Source of the DNA: Candidatus Eiseniibacteriota bacterium | Lineage (GTDB): Bacteria; Eisenbacteria; RBG-16-71-46 | Assembly: GCA_044222065.1 (NCBI GenBank) | Contig: JBGAOA010000080.1 | Location: 1 to 17,807, forward strand | DNA: 17,807 bases | Direction: 5' to 3' | The notes under the pieces: model-generated | The model's database searches: none | What the model was told of the DNA's origin: nothing | The model's input: only the letters and a program-made list of their open reading frames with translations | Part shown: piece after piece, positions 1 to 6,740 of the stretch | How the letters are laid out: each line of letters opens with the position of its first letter | Position numbering within the stretch: position 1 is the stretch's first letter | Made by a program: the position numbers and the translations under genes

Positions 1-183
1 CGCGGCGATCGCCGCGAGGCGGGCGCGCGCCTCCTGCACGGCGTCCGCGCGGCCGCGATTCACCGCCGACTGGAGCGCGCGCTTCGCGCCGGCGAGCGCG
101 GCGGGGTCGGCGTGGGCGGCGCCGCAGGCGAAGAGGAGCGCGGCGAGCGCCGCGGCGCGGGTCAGGGTCGAGCGAACGTTCAC
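1..183 (-). CDS. Exported helical protein, N-terminal 61 aa only (runs off the left edge); translationally coupled to the LytS kinase
   Basis: Manual translation from GTG at 183: MNVRSTLTRAAALAALLFACGAAHADPAALAGAKRALQSAVNRGRADAVQEARARLAAIAA. Signal peptide (basic N-terminus, hydrophobic core, AHA-D cleavage site). GTGA overlap with the kinase stop at 180-182, AAGGAG RBS at about 192-197. Not in the ORF track. Confidence 0.8.
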   Translation of the reverse strand, partial: MNVRSTLTRAAALAALLFACGAAHADPAALAGAKRALQSAVNRGRADAVQEARARLAAIAA

Positions 184-1292
184 GAGCGGACTCCTTTCGA
201 AGGGAAGGACGGGACGGCTTCGACGACGGGCAGGCGCAGCGTCAGCGTCGTTCCGGCGCCCGGGCGCGAATCCACCTCGAGCGTGTGGCCGGGGCCCGCG
301 ACGCGAAGGCGTTCGCGGACGGAGTGGAGCCCGAAGCCGGTGCCGCTCGGCGGGCCGTCCGAGAAGCCGGGGCCGTCGTCGGCGACGACGAGCACGAGCG
401 ACTCGCCCTCGCGCCGCGCGCGCAGCGTGATCGTCGCCCCGCGCTCGCTCGGCGAGACGGCGTAGCGGACGGCGTTCTCGACGAGCGGCTGGAGCAGCAG
501 CGCCGGCACCGGCAGTCCCTCGAGCCCCGGCGCGACGTCCTCGACGACGCGCAGCCGTTCGGCGAAGCGCGTGTGTTCGATCTCGAGGTAGTTGCGCAGG
601 AACGCCAGTTCCTCGCCGAGCGTCACGTGGTCGCGCTCGCTCGCCGTGAGCGTGTAGCGGAACAGCTCCCCGAGCCGGGTCGTCGTCTCCTCGGCCGCGC
701 GCGGGTCGAGCGTGATGAGCGATGCGATCGTGTTGAGCGTGTTGAAGAGGAAGTGCGGGTGCACCTGGGCGCGGAGCGCCCGCAGTTCGGCCTGCGCGAG
801 TTCGGCGCGCGTCTGCTCGATCGCGCGCGCCCGCGAGACCGCGAGCCGGTAGAACTCGCGGGCGAACGCGATGCCGCTGAAGAGCACGGCGAACAGCAGC
901 GTGTAGAGCCCGGAGACGACCCACGCCCGCGGGCTGCCGAGGAACCCGCGGCCGAACGTCAGCTCGAGGATGCCGGCGGCGAGGTAGCTGCACAGGATCG
1001 CGGCCGCGACGTACGCGGCGCCGATGCGCCAGCTGCGGCTCCACTCGCTGCCCTCGGACGGCACCGGGATGTGCGGGCGGATCCACGTCTCGACCGCCCA
1101 CATGCCGAGTCCGATGCAGTACGAGAAGACGAGCGCCGCGCCGTACGACCACAGGTAGCGCTCCCAGCCGCCGCCGAAGATCGTCCCGAAGAACAGCGCG
1201 AACGGCACGGCCACGAGCGGCTGGCGCACGAGGGTCCACAGCAGTCGGCGTGCGGGACGGCGGGGCGGGTCGCAATCGTTCGGGTTCGTCAT
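180..1292 (-). CDS. LytS/YehU-family membrane sensor histidine kinase (His_kinase + HATPase_c), 370 aa
   Basis: About 4 N-terminal TM helices. 'LRAQVHPHFLFNTLNTI' H-box, 'LGEELAFLRNYLEIEHTRF', 'LLQPLVENAVRY' N-box, 'DDGPG', 'GTGFGLHSVRERL'. GGAGG RBS upstream of the ATG. Confidence 0.95.
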   Translation of the reverse strand: MTNPNDCDPPRRPARRLLWTLVRQPLVAVPFALFFGTIFGGGWERYLWSYGAALVFSYCIGLGMWAVETWIRPHIPVPSEGSEWSRSWRIGAAYVAAAILCSYLAAGILELTFGRGFLGSPRAWVVSGLYTLLFAVLFSGIAFAREFYRLAVSRARAIEQTRAELAQAELRALRAQVHPHFLFNTLNTIASLITLDPRAAEETTTRLGELFRYTLTASERDHVTLGEELAFLRNYLEIEHTRFAERLRVVEDVAPGLEGLPVPALLLQPLVENAVRYAVSPSERGATITLRARREGESLVLVVADDGPGFSDGPPSGTGFGLHSVRERLRVAGPGHTLEVDSRPGAGTTLTLRLPVVEAVPSFPSKGVRS

Positions 1293-1307
1293 CGTGTCCT
1301 CCGCTCA

Positions 1308-1380
1308 CAGCATCGGGGCTCGGCGGAGCGGTGTCGCGACCGGAGCCGACGAACGGTCGTCCGGGACGGATGAACGGTCA
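1308..1380 (-). promoter_or_regulatory. Putative LytTR-activated promoter of the kinase: direct repeats TGACCGTTCATC (1380-1369) and CGACCGTTCGTC (1359-1348), plus -10-like CGATGCTG (1315-1308)
   Basis: 12-bp direct repeats with a 21-bp period, matching the AlgR consensus ACCGTTCGTC. The same architecture recurs at 2605-2677. Confidence 0.8.
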
Positions 1381-2598
1381 GCGGGGGGCGCCGCCCGCGG
1401 GGAGCACGCGCAGCGCCATGACGGTGATGTCGTCGCCGGGCTCCGCGCCGGCGAGGAACTCGCGGACGCCTTCGAGCACGCGGTCCACGACCGCCTGGCT
1501 CGACAGGTCGCGCGGCAGCGCGTCGAGCAGCGCGTAGAGGCGCTCCTCGCCGTACATGTCGCCGTCGGCGCGCGCCGCCTCGGTGACGCCGTCGGTGTAG
1601 AACACGATGCGGTCGCCTTCCGCGAGCGCGAGCGACTCTTCTTCGTACGGCGCGTGCTCGATCATGCCGACGACGAGGCCGCCGCGCTCGAGCAGCACGC
1701 GCTCGCCGCTCGCGCGCTGCAGGACGGGCAGGTTGTGGCCGGCGTTCGTGAAGCGCAGCGTGAGGCTCGGCTCGTGGATCGCCGCGAGGAAGAACGTCGC
1801 GAACTGGCCCGTGCTCGCGCGCTGGCACGCGAGCGCGTTGATCGTGCTCATCATCGCGGCGGGCGAGGCCACGGCGCCGGCCTGCGTGCGCAGCGAGGCC
1901 TGGAGCATCGAGGACAGGATCGCCGCCGGGACGCCCTTCCCGGAAACGTCGGCGATCGCGAGCAGGATCTCGGCGTCGTTCGGCGCGATCACGTCGTACA
2001 CGTCGCCGCTCACCTGCTTCGACGACACGTTCACCGCGTGCACCTCGACGCGCGAGCGGCGCGGGAATTCCGAGAGCAGGAACGAGCGCTGGATGCGTCT
2101 CGCGAGCTGGAGCTCGCGTTCCGAGCCGGCGTGCTCCATCGCGCGCCGGTAGAAGTTGATCGCGAGCGCGATCGCCATGAAGCCGGTGCCGAACAGCAGG
2201 CTGTACGTGAGCGACAGCACGATGCCGCGGGCGTTGCCGAGGAACCCGGGCACGATCCACTGGTTCACGACGAGCATGGCCGCGATCGTGCCGAGCAGGC
2301 TCATCACGAGGTGCGCGCCCGCGATCCACCAGGTGCGCGGACCCTCGTGGCGGAAGCGCTGCGCGAGCATCGGCCGCAGCGCGTGGTGCGCGACCCACAG
2401 CGCGCCGTGGATGCAGAAGCCGAACACGCCCGCGACGAGCAGGAACCCCGTCAGCGTTTCGCGGCGGCCGTCGTTCGTGAACCAGAAGAACACGCCGAAC
2501 GGCAGCGCGCTCGCCGGAGCGCGCCACAGGATGTGGAGCAGGTCCGGCAGCGGCGCGGGTTCGGCGCGCGGACGGCGGGGCTTCGGGGCGGCGCTCAT
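1378..2598 (-). CDS. Membrane-anchored PP2C/SpoIIE (RsbU-like) Ser/Thr phosphatase, 406 aa
   Basis: Motifs 'ELQLARRIQRSFL', 'VSGDVYD', 'IADVSGKG', 'FATFF', 'NAGH', 'FYTDGVTEA', 'GDDIT'. About 4 N-terminal TM helices. Start set at ATG 2598 (MSAAPK) because the longer ORF-track extension overlaps pdxH and the promoter. Confidence 0.93.
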   Translation of the reverse strand: MSAAPKPRRPRAEPAPLPDLLHILWRAPASALPFGVFFWFTNDGRRETLTGFLLVAGVFGFCIHGALWVAHHALRPMLAQRFRHEGPRTWWIAGAHLVMSLLGTIAAMLVVNQWIVPGFLGNARGIVLSLTYSLLFGTGFMAIALAINFYRRAMEHAGSERELQLARRIQRSFLLSEFPRRSRVEVHAVNVSSKQVSGDVYDVIAPNDAEILLAIADVSGKGVPAAILSSMLQASLRTQAGAVASPAAMMSTINALACQRASTGQFATFFLAAIHEPSLTLRFTNAGHNLPVLQRASGERVLLERGGLVVGMIEHAPYEEESLALAEGDRIVFYTDGVTEAARADGDMYGEERLYALLDALPRDLSSQAVVDRVLEGVREFLAGAEPGDDITVMALRVLPAGGAPR

Positions 2599-2604
2599 GC
2601 GGAG

Positions 2605-2677
2605 CAGCGTCGCGCGCGCGGCCCGCGGACGGGAGAAGACGGGCGACGAACGGTCGAACGCGAGGGACGAACGGTCG
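2605..2677 (-). promoter_or_regulatory. Putative LytTR-activated promoter of the PP2C gene: two perfect CGACCGTTCGTC boxes (2677-2666, 2656-2645) plus -10-like CGACGCTG (2612-2605)
   Basis: Identical 12-mers with a 21-bp period. Box-to-CGAYGCTG spacing is the same as at 1308-1380. Confidence 0.82.
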
Positions 2678-2692
2678 TCGCGCGCCCCGGGC

Positions 2693-3310
2693 TCACGGCG
2701 CGAGCCGCTCGCGCCGCCAGCCCGTTCCGTCGGGGCGGTAGCGGATGCGGTCGTGGAGCCGGTGCTTGCGCCCCTGCCAGAACTCCCAGGCCCCGGGGAC
2801 CAGGCGATAGCCGCCCCAGAAGTCCGGGCGCGGGGGATGGCCGTGCGGGTGTTCGGCGAGCAGCCGCTCGACGGCGGCTTCGAGCGCGCGGCGATCCGGG
2901 ACGACGCGGCTCTGGGGCGAGGCCGCGGCGCTGAAGCGGTGGCCGAGCGGACGCGAGGCGAAGTACGCGTCGGCCTCGGCGGCCGCAACCGTCTCGACGC
3001 GGCCCTCGATCCGCACCTGGCGCTCGAGCGGCGGCCAGTGGAAGACGAGCGCGGCGCGCGGATTCGCGCGCAGTTCGTCGCCCTTGCGGCTCTCGAGATT
3101 CGTGTAGAACACGAGCCCGCGCTCGTCGAGCCCGCGCATCAGCACGATGCGGACGGACGGTGCGCCGTCGGGAGTCGCGGTCGCGAGCGCCATCGAGACG
3201 GCTTCGTCGCCGACCGCGCGTTCGGCGTCCGCGAGCCAGAGGCGGAACTGCGCGAGCGGGTCGGGATCCGCGTCGGCGGCATCGAACGGCGTCGTGAGCG
3301 GGTCGCGCAT
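2693..3310 (-). CDS. pdxH: Pyridoxine/pyridoxamine 5'-phosphate oxidase, 205 aa
   Basis: 'DPLAQFRLW', 'MALATA', 'PSVRIVL', 'FYTNLESRKG', 'RQVRIEG', 'YFASRP', 'EFWQGRKHRLHDR', C-terminal 'RLAP'. Start ATG 3310 preferred; GTG 3319 is the alternative. Confidence 0.96.
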   Translation of the reverse strand: MRDPLTTPFDAADADPDPLAQFRLWLADAERAVGDEAVSMALATATPDGAPSVRIVLMRGLDERGLVFYTNLESRKGDELRANPRAALVFHWPPLERQVRIEGRVETVAAAEADAYFASRPLGHRFSAAASPQSRVVPDRRALEAAVERLLAEHPHGHPPRPDFWGGYRLVPGAWEFWQGRKHRLHDRIRYRPDGTGWRRERLAP

Positions 3311-3317
3311 CGGCGGC

Positions 3318-3326
3318 ACACTAGCA
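3318..3326 (-). promoter_or_regulatory. Extended -10 (TGCTAGTGT) for probably leaderless pdxH
   Basis: TGn-TAGTGT sits 7 nt before ATG 3310, with no SD sequence. Confidence 0.55.
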
Positions 3327-3354
3327 ACGCGCGATGGCGCTCGCCAGCGGCGCT

Positions 3355-5160
3355 TCAGGCGGCGGCGCGCAGCGCGCCGTAGGCCGGGATGCGAATCGTG
3401 AAGCGGCTGCCGACGCCGGGAGCGCTCTCAAGCTCGATCGTGCCGCCGTGCGCTTCGACCACTCCGCGCGCGATCGACAGCCCGAGCCCGAGCCCCGCGG
3501 ACCCGAATTCGAGCGTCGCCGAGGAGTGGTGCTTGGAGTGGTCGTAGACGGTGATGCTGCGATCGAAGAGCGTCGCGTGACGTTCGGGCTCGATGCCGAC
3601 GCCGTCGTCCTCGACCTCGAGTTCGAGCCGGTCGTGGTGGCGCCGAGCCCGCACGACGACGTGACCGCCGTCGGGCGTGAAGCGGATGCCGTTCGCGACG
3701 AGATGGAACAGGCACTCCGAACTCTGCGCCGCGTCGAGCAGCGCGCCGTCGAGCCCCGGCGCGACCTCGGTCGTGACCGACACCCGCCGGTCCGGGCCCG
3801 CCGCGAGCGCGGCGCGGACGGCCGCCTCCACGAGTTCTCCCACCCGGGCCTCGGCGCGCTCGAGCCGCAGGCCCGTGCTGCGGATCTGCGCGAACCGCGT
3901 CGCGTCCTCGGCGATCTTGAGCAGCGTGCGCGCGCTGTGGCCGATCGCGTCCAGCGCCTCGCGCTGCTCCGCGCTCACCGGGCCGAGCAGTCGCTGCGAC
4001 ATCATCTCTTGGTAGCCCTGGATGACGCTGATCGGCGTGCGCAGCTCGTGCGAGGCGACGCTGATGAACTCCGACTTGAGACGCGTCACTTCCTCGAGGC
4101 TCGACACGTAGCGGCGATGACTCTGTCGCATCGCATCGAAGCGCCCGGCGAGGTCGCCGAGTTCGTCGCGCCGCGCGCGGTCGAGCGGCGCTTCGTAGTC
4201 GCCGTGCTCCATCGCCTCGGACGCCCGCACCATGCGCTGGATCGGGGCGACGAAGCCGCTCGAGACGAACAGGTTCACGAGCACCGCGACCGCGAGCACG
4301 ACGAGGCCGAGCCCGAGCATCTCGGCCTGAGCCCGGCGCAGCCCGGCGAATTCCGCGCGCAGCGAGCGCTGCAGGACGTAGCGCTGGCCGAGCGCGGGAT
4401 CGGCGTTCGGCAGCGGCCGGACGAGCGTCAGGAACACGTCGTCCTCGACGCGTGTCTCGGACAGGCCGTCGCCGACGAGCGGACGGAGCGGGGCGCCGGC
4501 GAGCACCGCGGTCCGCCGGCCCTCCTCGAGCGTCGAGGCGGTCGCGACGCCGCCGCTCAGGAACGACACTTCGCTGCGCGTGCGCGTCTTGAGCTGCTCG
4601 GCGAGCTCGCCGCCGACGCGGGCGCCGAGCACGAGCACGCCGACGACGCGGCCGCCCGCGACGACCGGCGAGGCGTTCACCTGCACGAGCACGCCGCGCA
4701 CGAGCACGGTGCGCGAGACGGGACGTCCTTCGAGCGCGGGACGCGCGAGCTCGGCGCGATGCGGTTCGCCGACGCTCTCGCGGCCGACGCTCGCCACGAG
4801 CGCGCCCGATTCGTCGAGCACGTCGAACACGTCGTGACCGACGATCGCGTTGAAGTCGCGCGCGACCCCGGCCATCGTCTCGCGCAGCGTCGGGTCCGCG
4901 GCGCCGCCCGGAATCGTGAGCGTGGCGAAGAACTTGGGGTCCTGCGCGATGACCTGCGCCTCGCCCGCGAGTTCGTGCGCGCGCGTCGCGAGCAGGTCCT
5001 CGAGCACGCCCGAGGCGCGCCGCAAGTCGCCGCGCAGCGTCGCGTCGGCCTGCTGCGATACCGCGCGCCCGAAGATCGCGAGCGTACCGGCGACGATCAC
5101 GACGATCGGTGGAAGGGTGAGCAGCAGCAGCCGGACCCGGAGCGGGATCCGGCGGATCAC
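3355..5160 (-). CDS. Sensor histidine kinase (TM-extracytoplasmic Cache-like-TM-HAMP-HisKA-HATPase_c), 601 aa
   Basis: TM 'LLLLTLPPIVVIVAGTLAIF'. HAMP 'PIQRMVRASEAMEHGDY...DELGDLAGRFDAM'. H-box 'EFISVASHELRTP', N-box 'LVANGIRFT', 'DDGVGI', 'GLGLGLSIARGVVEAHGG'. GTG start at 5160 overlaps the upstream stop (GTGA). Confidence 0.93.
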   Translation of the reverse strand: MIRRIPLRVRLLLLTLPPIVVIVAGTLAIFGRAVSQQADATLRGDLRRASGVLEDLLATRAHELAGEAQVIAQDPKFFATLTIPGGAADPTLRETMAGVARDFNAIVGHDVFDVLDESGALVASVGRESVGEPHRAELARPALEGRPVSRTVLVRGVLVQVNASPVVAGGRVVGVLVLGARVGGELAEQLKTRTRSEVSFLSGGVATASTLEEGRRTAVLAGAPLRPLVGDGLSETRVEDDVFLTLVRPLPNADPALGQRYVLQRSLRAEFAGLRRAQAEMLGLGLVVLAVAVLVNLFVSSGFVAPIQRMVRASEAMEHGDYEAPLDRARRDELGDLAGRFDAMRQSHRRYVSSLEEVTRLKSEFISVASHELRTPISVIQGYQEMMSQRLLGPVSAEQREALDAIGHSARTLLKIAEDATRFAQIRSTGLRLERAEARVGELVEAAVRAALAAGPDRRVSVTTEVAPGLDGALLDAAQSSECLFHLVANGIRFTPDGGHVVVRARRHHDRLELEVEDDGVGIEPERHATLFDRSITVYDHSKHHSSATLEFGSAGLGLGLSIARGVVEAHGGTIELESAPGVGSRFTIRIPAYGALRAAA

Positions 5161-5828
5161 AACGCCAGCTCCGTCCGCGCCTCGCCCTGATCCGGCACGT
5201 CCACGTCGCGCTCGGTCTCGGTGAAGTCCGGGTGCCACACGCGCACGCGATACCGGCCGGCCGGCAGGTCGGGCAGCGTGAAGTTGCCCTCGCGGTCCGG
5301 GCGGGCGAAGACGGGGTGCGGGATCACGAGCACGAAGGCCTGCATGTGCGAGTGGATGTCGCAGAACACGTTCACGAGCCCGGCGCGCGCGAAGGTGACG
5401 CGGCGGCTCTGGCCCTTCGGGTACTTGCCGAGGTCGAAGCGCTTGACGGGCGAGGGGCTGAACACGTTGTGGTAGACCGGATCGTCGTTCGGAAAATCCA
5501 CGGAGCCGCCCGTGGCGATCGCAACCACCCGCGGCTCGAAGCACTCGTTGCGCTGGCGCAATTCGGGCCGCTTCGCGCGCACGGCGTAGATCGAGTCCGC
5601 GCTCGCGGGCGCCGTCTGCACGAACACGACCGCGTCGGAGACGAGTCCGCGCGGCATGCGGCGGGCGTTCGCCATCGCGCTCGCCTGCCCGGGGTAGGCG
5701 TGCAACTCGGGCGCGGCCGCCGGCGCCGCGCTCCGCACGACGATGCGGCCGCTCAGCGTGCCGGCGGAGGCCGGGGCGGCGAGCGCGAAAGCGAAGACGA
5801 CGAGGGTTCCGAGGGGTGCGGGTCGCAT
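5157..5828 (-). CDS. Exported cupredoxin-like protein with C-terminal carboxypeptidase-regulatory-like (prealbumin-fold) domain, MauL-like, 223 aa
   Basis: Signal peptide ending 'APASA-G'. 'FEPRVVAI...VDFPNDDPVYHNVFS' and 'VFCDIHSHM' supply His, Cys-x2-His-x2-Met. 'GNFTLPDLPAGRYRVRVWHP'. AGGA RBS before ATG 5828. Confidence 0.85.
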   Translation of the reverse strand: MRPAPLGTLVVFAFALAAPASAGTLSGRIVVRSAAPAAAPELHAYPGQASAMANARRMPRGLVSDAVVFVQTAPASADSIYAVRAKRPELRQRNECFEPRVVAIATGGSVDFPNDDPVYHNVFSPSPVKRFDLGKYPKGQSRRVTFARAGLVNVFCDIHSHMQAFVLVIPHPVFARPDREGNFTLPDLPAGRYRVRVWHPDFTETERDVDVPDQGEARTELAL

Positions 5829-6073
5829 GAGGTCCTGGGTGCGGGAGGGGCAGCGGCCGGCGGACGGAGGCTCCCGGGCGTTTTCGACCCGACGCCGGAG
5901 GCGCTTGAGCCGGAATCGGCCGCGATCGGCTGCGATGGCGCGTGCAACGGCGGCCCGAAGCGCTTCCGGAAAGGTCGCTTGCGCGAAGCCCGCGGCGCGC
6001 AACCGACCGGAGGCGTCGCCGGAACCTGGGGGGGCCGGCGTCACGCGGGCCCCGCGCGAGCGACGACGCTGAC

Positions 6074-6673
6074 GTGAGCGCACGACTCCTTCGAATCGGG
6101 CTTGCGGGGCTCGCGGTGGCGATGGCCGCGGCCGTGCCCGCGATCGCGCGCGCCGGGGGGCACGAGGCCGGCCAGCTTCGGCTCGCGCCGGTGGCGGGCG
6201 CGACGAGCGTGTGGGCCTACGAAGGCGGGTCGGACGACGAACGCCTCGCGTGGGGCGGCTCGCTCGAGTACTACGCCACGCGCCGCGCGGGCGTCGCGCT
6301 CGACGTGCTCGGCTCGCACCAGGACAACCCGTATCCGCAGTACTACCGCGAGTACTCGTCCTCCGAGCTCATCCTCGGACTGACGCTGCGCGGTTACTTC
6401 CTGCCCGACGCTCCCGTCACGCCGTACGGGATCGCGCGCATCACGCGCACGTCGCGCTCGACGCACGTCCTCACGCCCTGGTACGAGTCGAACACGGACG
6501 ACGCGTGGGCGGGGCTCGACGTCGGGCTCGGGTTCCAGGCGCCGCTCGCACGGACCGGGCTCGAACTCGGCGTCGAAGCGAGCGTCGGCGGATTGCCGCT
6601 GCCGCTGATCGCGCTCGGCGGCCGGACGATCCTGCTCGCCCGGCTCAGCGTGCCGCTGCTCGCGACGCGCTGA
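6074..6673 (+). CDS. Putative outer-membrane beta-barrel protein (OMP_b-brl-like), about 199 aa
   Basis: GTG start, signal peptide ending 'AIARA-G'. Amphipathic strands 'AWGGSLEYY', 'LGLTLRGYFLPDAPVTPYG', 'AGLDVGLGFQ'. Start codon uncertain, and there is no terminal Phe. Confidence 0.65.
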   Translation: MSARLLRIGLAGLAVAMAAAVPAIARAGGHEAGQLRLAPVAGATSVWAYEGGSDDERLAWGGSLEYYATRRAGVALDVLGSHQDNPYPQYYREYSSSELILGLTLRGYFLPDAPVTPYGIARITRTSRSTHVLTPWYESNTDDAWAGLDVGLGFQAPLARTGLELGVEASVGGLPLPLIALGGRTILLARLSVPLLATR

Positions 6674-6690
6674 GCGGGACGGAAACGCGA

Positions 6691-6717
6691 ACGCCCGGCG
6701 CTCGGGGCGCCGGGCGT
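6691..6717. terminator. Hairpin between convergent genes, probable terminator for the acyl-CoA dehydrogenase
   Basis: ACGCCCGGCGC-TCGGG-GCGCCGGGCGT, an 11-bp perfect stem, followed by TCGCGTTT on the minus strand. Confidence 0.7.
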
Positions 6718-6740
6718 CGCGCGGGACTTCGCGGCCGCGG

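Noticed and set aside
1348..2677. GACGAACGGTC repeats as a CRISPR array or mobile-element ends
   Set aside because: Only two pairs of 12-mers with 9-bp spacers, with no cas, transposase or integrase. Their position fits transcription-factor boxes.
2599..2988. ORF-track N-terminal extension of the PP2C, and similar extensions for the HAMP kinase, cupredoxin, PIG-L, FN3/FlgD and DUF2911 genes
   Set aside because: The extensions overlap neighbouring genes or promoters. RBS, signal-peptide and overlap evidence supports the downstream starts.
285..5190. Long plus-strand ORFs (285-1373, 1294-2934, 2156-3382, 3334-5190)
   Set aside because: Antisense shadows of well-supported minus-strand genes. 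They are Arg/Ala-rich with no motifs, as expected at this GC content.
5931..5950. Possible sigma54 promoter upstream of the cupredoxin gene (TTGCACGCGCCATCGCA)
   Set aside because: It lacks the invariant GG-N10-GC spacing on either strand.
6064..6071. Third CGACGCTG octamer before the beta-barrel gene
   Set aside because: There are no CCGTTCRTC boxes upstream and it is only 2 nt from the GTG, so it is probably chance in GC-rich DNA.
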